Made by a program: the position numbers and the translations under genes. From Patescibacteria group bacterium (lineage in GTDB: Bacteria; Patescibacteriota; Patescibacteriia; SG8-24; DYFX01): 64,000 bases of DNA. Below are positions 61,229-64,000 of this stretch, piece after piece. The DNA lies in contig JBAZZB010000004.1 of the NCBI GenBank assembly GCA_041659045.1, positions 28,129-92,128 on the forward strand, given 5' to 3'. The notes beneath the pieces were generated by a model that saw nothing but the letters and a program-made list of their open reading frames with translations, made no database searches and was not told the DNA's origin. The first letter of the stretch is position 1; every line of letters starts with the position of its first letter.

Positions 61229-63154
61229 ATGGCCTTCAATCCCACCACGGCCACGCGTGAAGCTGCTGCTCCGAAAGAGGAGAAGCAGAAAATGTCGGCT
61301 GAAGAAAAAAAACGCCTCGCGCAGGAAGAGCGCATCAAGCTTGAAGAGGAGCGCATCTACCGCAAGGGTGTCGTCACGCTGCGCGACTTGATCGCGCCGG
61401 CGGCCTTTGAGGTCAAATCAAACCTGGTGCGCTTGGGCGATCTCTACGCGCGCACGGTCTTCGTCGTCACCTATCCGAGATATCTTTCACTTGGCTGGTT
61501 CACGCCGATCATCAACTTTTCGGCAACGATGGACGTCGGCATGTTCTTCTATCCCGTCCAGCCGGAAATCATTTTGAAACAATTGAAGAACAAGGTCGGT
61601 ATTTTGGAGGCGCAAATTTTGGGTGACGCTGAAAAAGGCGCCGCGCGCGATCCGCTTCGTGAAACGGCGCTGCGCGACATCGAAAAACTGCGCGACGACC
61701 TGACGCAGGGGATCGAGCATTTTTTCCAATTCGCGCTGTACGTCACGGTGTTCGCGCCTTCGGAAAAGGAACTCGATGATCTGACCAACCAGGTTGAGGG
61801 CATGTTCGGTTCGAAGCTGATCTACACCAAGCGCGTGCTCTACCAGTCGGAGCAGGGTTTCAACTCGACGCTGCCGTCCGGCAATGACGAGCTCATGATC
61901 ACCTTCAACATGAACACGAGCCCGATCGCTTCGGGTTTCCCGTTCGTGTCCGCCGACCTGACATCCGACAACGGCATTCTTTACGGCATCAACCGCCACA
62001 ACAACAGCCTGATTCTCTTCGATCGTTTTTCGCTGCAAAACGCCAACGCTGTCGTTTTCGCAACGTCCGGTGCTGGTAAAAGCTACACCGTGAAGCTTGA
62101 AGTGTTGCGTTCGCTCATGATCGGCACCGAGGTCATCATCATCGACCCGGAAATGGAATATAAGCACCTCTCCGACGCGGTCGGCGGTACGTATATCAAC
62201 ATTTCGCTGGCTTCCGAATCGAAGCTCAACATTTTCGATCTACCGCGCCCGATGGGGGAGGAAGTACGCTCCGAAGACATCATCCGCTCCGCCGTCATTA
62301 CGGTGAAAGGCCTCATGCGCATCATGTTCGGAAGCGTTACGACGTCCGAAGACTCGATCATCGACCGCGCTCTGCTCGAAACGTACGCCAAGAAAGATAT
62401 TGTTCCCGGTGTCGACCTCGCGACGATCGAGCCGCCGATTCTTTCCGACTTCCAACAGGTGCTCGAGGGTATCACTGGTACGGAAGATTTGCAGATCAAG
62501 CTTCGCAAATACACCGAAGGCACCTTCTCCGGACTCCTCAACTCGCCGACGACGATCGAGATGAAGAACAAGCTCGTGGTCTTCAGCGTGCGCGATCTTG
62601 AGGACGAACTGCGCCCACTCGGCGTCTACACCATCGTCAACTACATCTGGAACGTCGTCCGCTCGGAACGCAAAAAGCGTATTCTTGTGATCGATGAAGC
62701 ATGGTGGCTCATGCAAAACGACGACTCGGCGAAGTTCATTTTCGCCCTGGTCAAGCGCTGCCGAAAATACTTCCTCGGTGTCACAACGATCACACAGGAC
62801 GTCAACGACTTCTTGCGCTCGCCCTATGGTCAAGCCATCGTCACCAACTCCGCGCTCCAGGTGCTCCTCAAGCAGTCTCCAGCCTCAATCGATCTCGTTC
62901 AAAAGACATTCTTGCTGACAGAAGGCGAGAAGTACCTGCTGCTTGAAGCGGGCGTCGGTGAAGGTATCTTCTTTGCTGGGTCGAGACACGCCGCCATCAA
63001 AGTGGTCGCCTCCTACTCAGAAGATCAGATCATCACGTCTGACCCGCGGCAATTGCTCGAAATCGAGAACGCCAAGAAAGAACTCGATGAGCAACTGCTC
63101 CAGGCCTCCGAGAATTCTGGGACGACCGCGAATCCTGCTCAGCAACCCGCATAA
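61229..63154 (+). CDS. VirB4-type ATPase, central and C-terminal ATPase domain
   Basis: YPRYLSLGWFTPIIN, Walker A FATSGAGKSYTV, Walker B ILVIDEAWWLM. ATG lies 1 codon after the in-frame TGA of the previous ORF. Confidence 0.8.
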   Translation: MAFNPTTATREAAAPKEEKQKMSAEEKKRLAQEERIKLEEERIYRKGVVTLRDLIAPAAFEVKSNLVRLGDLYARTVFVVTYPRYLSLGWFTPIINFSATMDVGMFFYPVQPEIILKQLKNKVGILEAQILGDAEKGAARDPLRETALRDIEKLRDDLTQGIEHFFQFALYVTVFAPSEKELDDLTNQVEGMFGSKLIYTKRVLYQSEQGFNSTLPSGNDELMITFNMNTSPIASGFPFVSADLTSDNGILYGINRHNNSLILFDRFSLQNANAVVFATSGAGKSYTVKLEVLRSLMIGTEVIIIDPEMEYKHLSDAVGGTYINISLASESKLNIFDLPRPMGEEVRSEDIIRSAVITVKGLMRIMFGSVTTSEDSIIDRALLETYAKKDIVPGVDLATIEPPILSDFQQVLEGITGTEDLQIKLRKYTEGTFSGLLNSPTTIEMKNKLVVFSVRDLEDELRPLGVYTIVNYIWNVVRSERKKRILVIDEAWWLMQNDDSAKFIFALVKRCRKYFLGVTTITQDVNDFLRSPYGQAIVTNSALQVLLKQSPASIDLVQKTFLLTEGEKYLLLEAGVGEGIFFAGSRHAAIKVVASYSEDQIITSDPRQLLEIENAKKELDEQLLQASENSGTTANPAQQPA

Positions 63155-63159
63155 CGCCT

Positions 63160-63762
63160 ATGACCCCACGCCGCCGCGCCATTCTGATCATCACGCTCGC
63201 CGTGCTCCTGCTCGGCGTGATTATCGTTGCCGTTATTCTCGTGACGCGCGCTCTTCCGAAAAAAACAACGCCGATTCCCGTTGGGCAAGATACGAGCGTG
63301 CCGACACCGGAGCAGGAAGCGGCAGCGTCAATCATTAAAAATCCTCTGGTTCCCGCCGTGACGCAGCCTGTCGGCCGAACGGCTGCTGCGCAGATGGGCG
63401 AACTGTTTGCCGAACGCTATGGCAGCTATTCGAATCAGGGCGATTTCCAGAACTTGCGCGACCTCTTGCCCGTCATGACCGCCAAGTATCGTTTGCAGAC
63501 GGAAACCTCGCTCGCCGCCGCCAAGCCGCAGCAGGGACAGACGTTCGAAGGTGTGACGAGCGTGAAAATTTCCAGCGAAGTGCGCACCTATAATGAAGCA
63601 GGTGGAACCGCGGTTGTGGCCGTGACACTTCAGCAGGAAAAAGTTTCCGGCACGTCAACCGTCGTCGGTTACCGTACGCTCCGCATGGAGTTGAAGAAAG
63701 TCGGCGAAGACTGGCGTGTTGACTCCTCGCGCTGGGAAAACGAATTGACACCCGCAAGCTGA
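63160..63762 (+). CDS. bitopic hypothetical protein (possible VirB8-like periplasmic component)
   Basis: 200 aa, N-terminal TM, then a roughly 165-aa soluble domain. Position and topology resemble VirB8/TcpC-like proteins, but no motif was recognised. Confidence 0.45.
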   Translation: MTPRRRAILIITLAVLLLGVIIVAVILVTRALPKKTTPIPVGQDTSVPTPEQEAAASIIKNPLVPAVTQPVGRTAAAQMGELFAERYGSYSNQGDFQNLRDLLPVMTAKYRLQTETSLAAAKPQQGQTFEGVTSVKISSEVRTYNEAGGTAVVAVTLQQEKVSGTSTVVGYRTLRMELKKVGEDWRVDSSRWENELTPAS

Positions 63763-63770
63763 ATCCCGTA

Positions 63771-63800
63771 GGACGCGCCCGTATGATCGGGCGCGTTTTT
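63771..63800 (+). terminator. Rho-independent terminator (cgcgcccgtatgatcgggcgcg + T5)
   Basis: 8-bp GC stem and a T-run at the end of the T4SS-like operon. Confidence 0.65.
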
Positions 63801-64000
63801 GATTTTATTTTTCCTCTTGAATGCATCGCTTGCGGCGCGTCGGGTTCGCATTGTTGCGAAAGCTGCTTGTCCTCCGTGCCGATGTTGCCAAGATTTTGGA
63901 AAGAACCGGAGCTACGCGCCTCGGCGGCTTTTGCCTACGGGCATCCACTTGTACGTCGCTTGTTGCATGATCTGAAATTCGAACAATGGTCGTGTGCCGA
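63783..64000 (+). CDS. comF: ComF(C)-family competence protein, N-terminal part (continues beyond window end)
   Basis: In the frame starting at ATG 63783: ...FPLECIACGASGSHCCESCLSSVP...AAFAYGHPLVRRLLHDLKFEQ. The double CxxC zinc finger and LKF motif match ComFC/amidophosphoribosyltransferase-like competence proteins. Confidence 0.55.
   Translation, partial: MIGRVFDFIFPLECIACGASGSHCCESCLSSVPMLPRFWKEPELRASAAFAYGHPLVRRLLHDLKFEQWSCA

Overview
This is a 64-kb, gene-dense bacterial chromosome segment of roughly 58-62% GC, read with standard genetic code 11. It carries a programmed +1 frameshift in RF2 (prfB) at a UGA codon, and many genes end in TGA. The gene set includes an RRM RNA-binding protein, bactofilin, a DUF4870 protein, tRNA-Ile(UAU), many small bitopic proteins, and a VirB4/VirB6/PrgI T4SS-like operon next to ComF. 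That combination resembles Patescibacteria/CPR-type or other small-genome bacteria, but the taxonomy is inference only.

Left to right the window contains:
- a DUF1905 protein (partial), rplS, cmk and rluD on the minus strand;
- hypothetical genes, tRNA-Ile(TAT), tRNA-Val(GAC) and a TolB-like beta-propeller protein;
- a copper-homeostasis island: a small His/Met membrane protein, an HMA-TauE/SafE-cupredoxin-like fusion, copZ, copA (CPC P1B-ATPase), a multicopper oxidase, a CopB-like CPH P1B-ATPase with an N-terminal CPMHP...CPECGM metal-binding motif, and a DsbA-like oxidoreductase;
- valS, followed by an unusual array of seven co-directional small genes. Each encodes an N-terminal TM anchor plus a divergent roughly 100-170 aa domain, each has its own RBS, and each is punctuated by members of a repeated hairpin element that looks like a combined terminator and promoter;
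- tyrS, argS, bactofilin, a DAGK-like kinase and tRNA-Leu(GAG) on the minus strand;
- an RRM protein and a scrambled tRNA-Val(TAC) locus: 5' and 3' tRNA fragments flank a GIY-YIG (UPF0213) nuclease gene and an intact tRNA-Val copy;
- a methyltransferase, yraN, nusA, yidC, an O-antigen-ligase-like protein and small GC-rich hypothetical genes;
- groES-groEL with a degenerate CIRCE operator, and prfB with its +1 frameshift;
- a GalE-like epimerase, tsaC and rsmA;
- a roughly 17.8-kb single-strand operon encoding a 2955-aa secreted Cys-rich giant protein with CBM4/9-like modules, a VirB6/TrbL-like membrane protein with a long C-terminal extension, a 583-aa Pro-rich protein, a PrgI/VirB3-like protein, a VirB4 ATPase interrupted by one in-frame TGA, and a bitopic protein; then the 5' end of a ComF(C)-like gene.

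No rRNA genes or CRISPR arrays were seen. Coordinates of small hand-mapped elements (terminators, promoters, repeats) should be treated as +/-2 nt.
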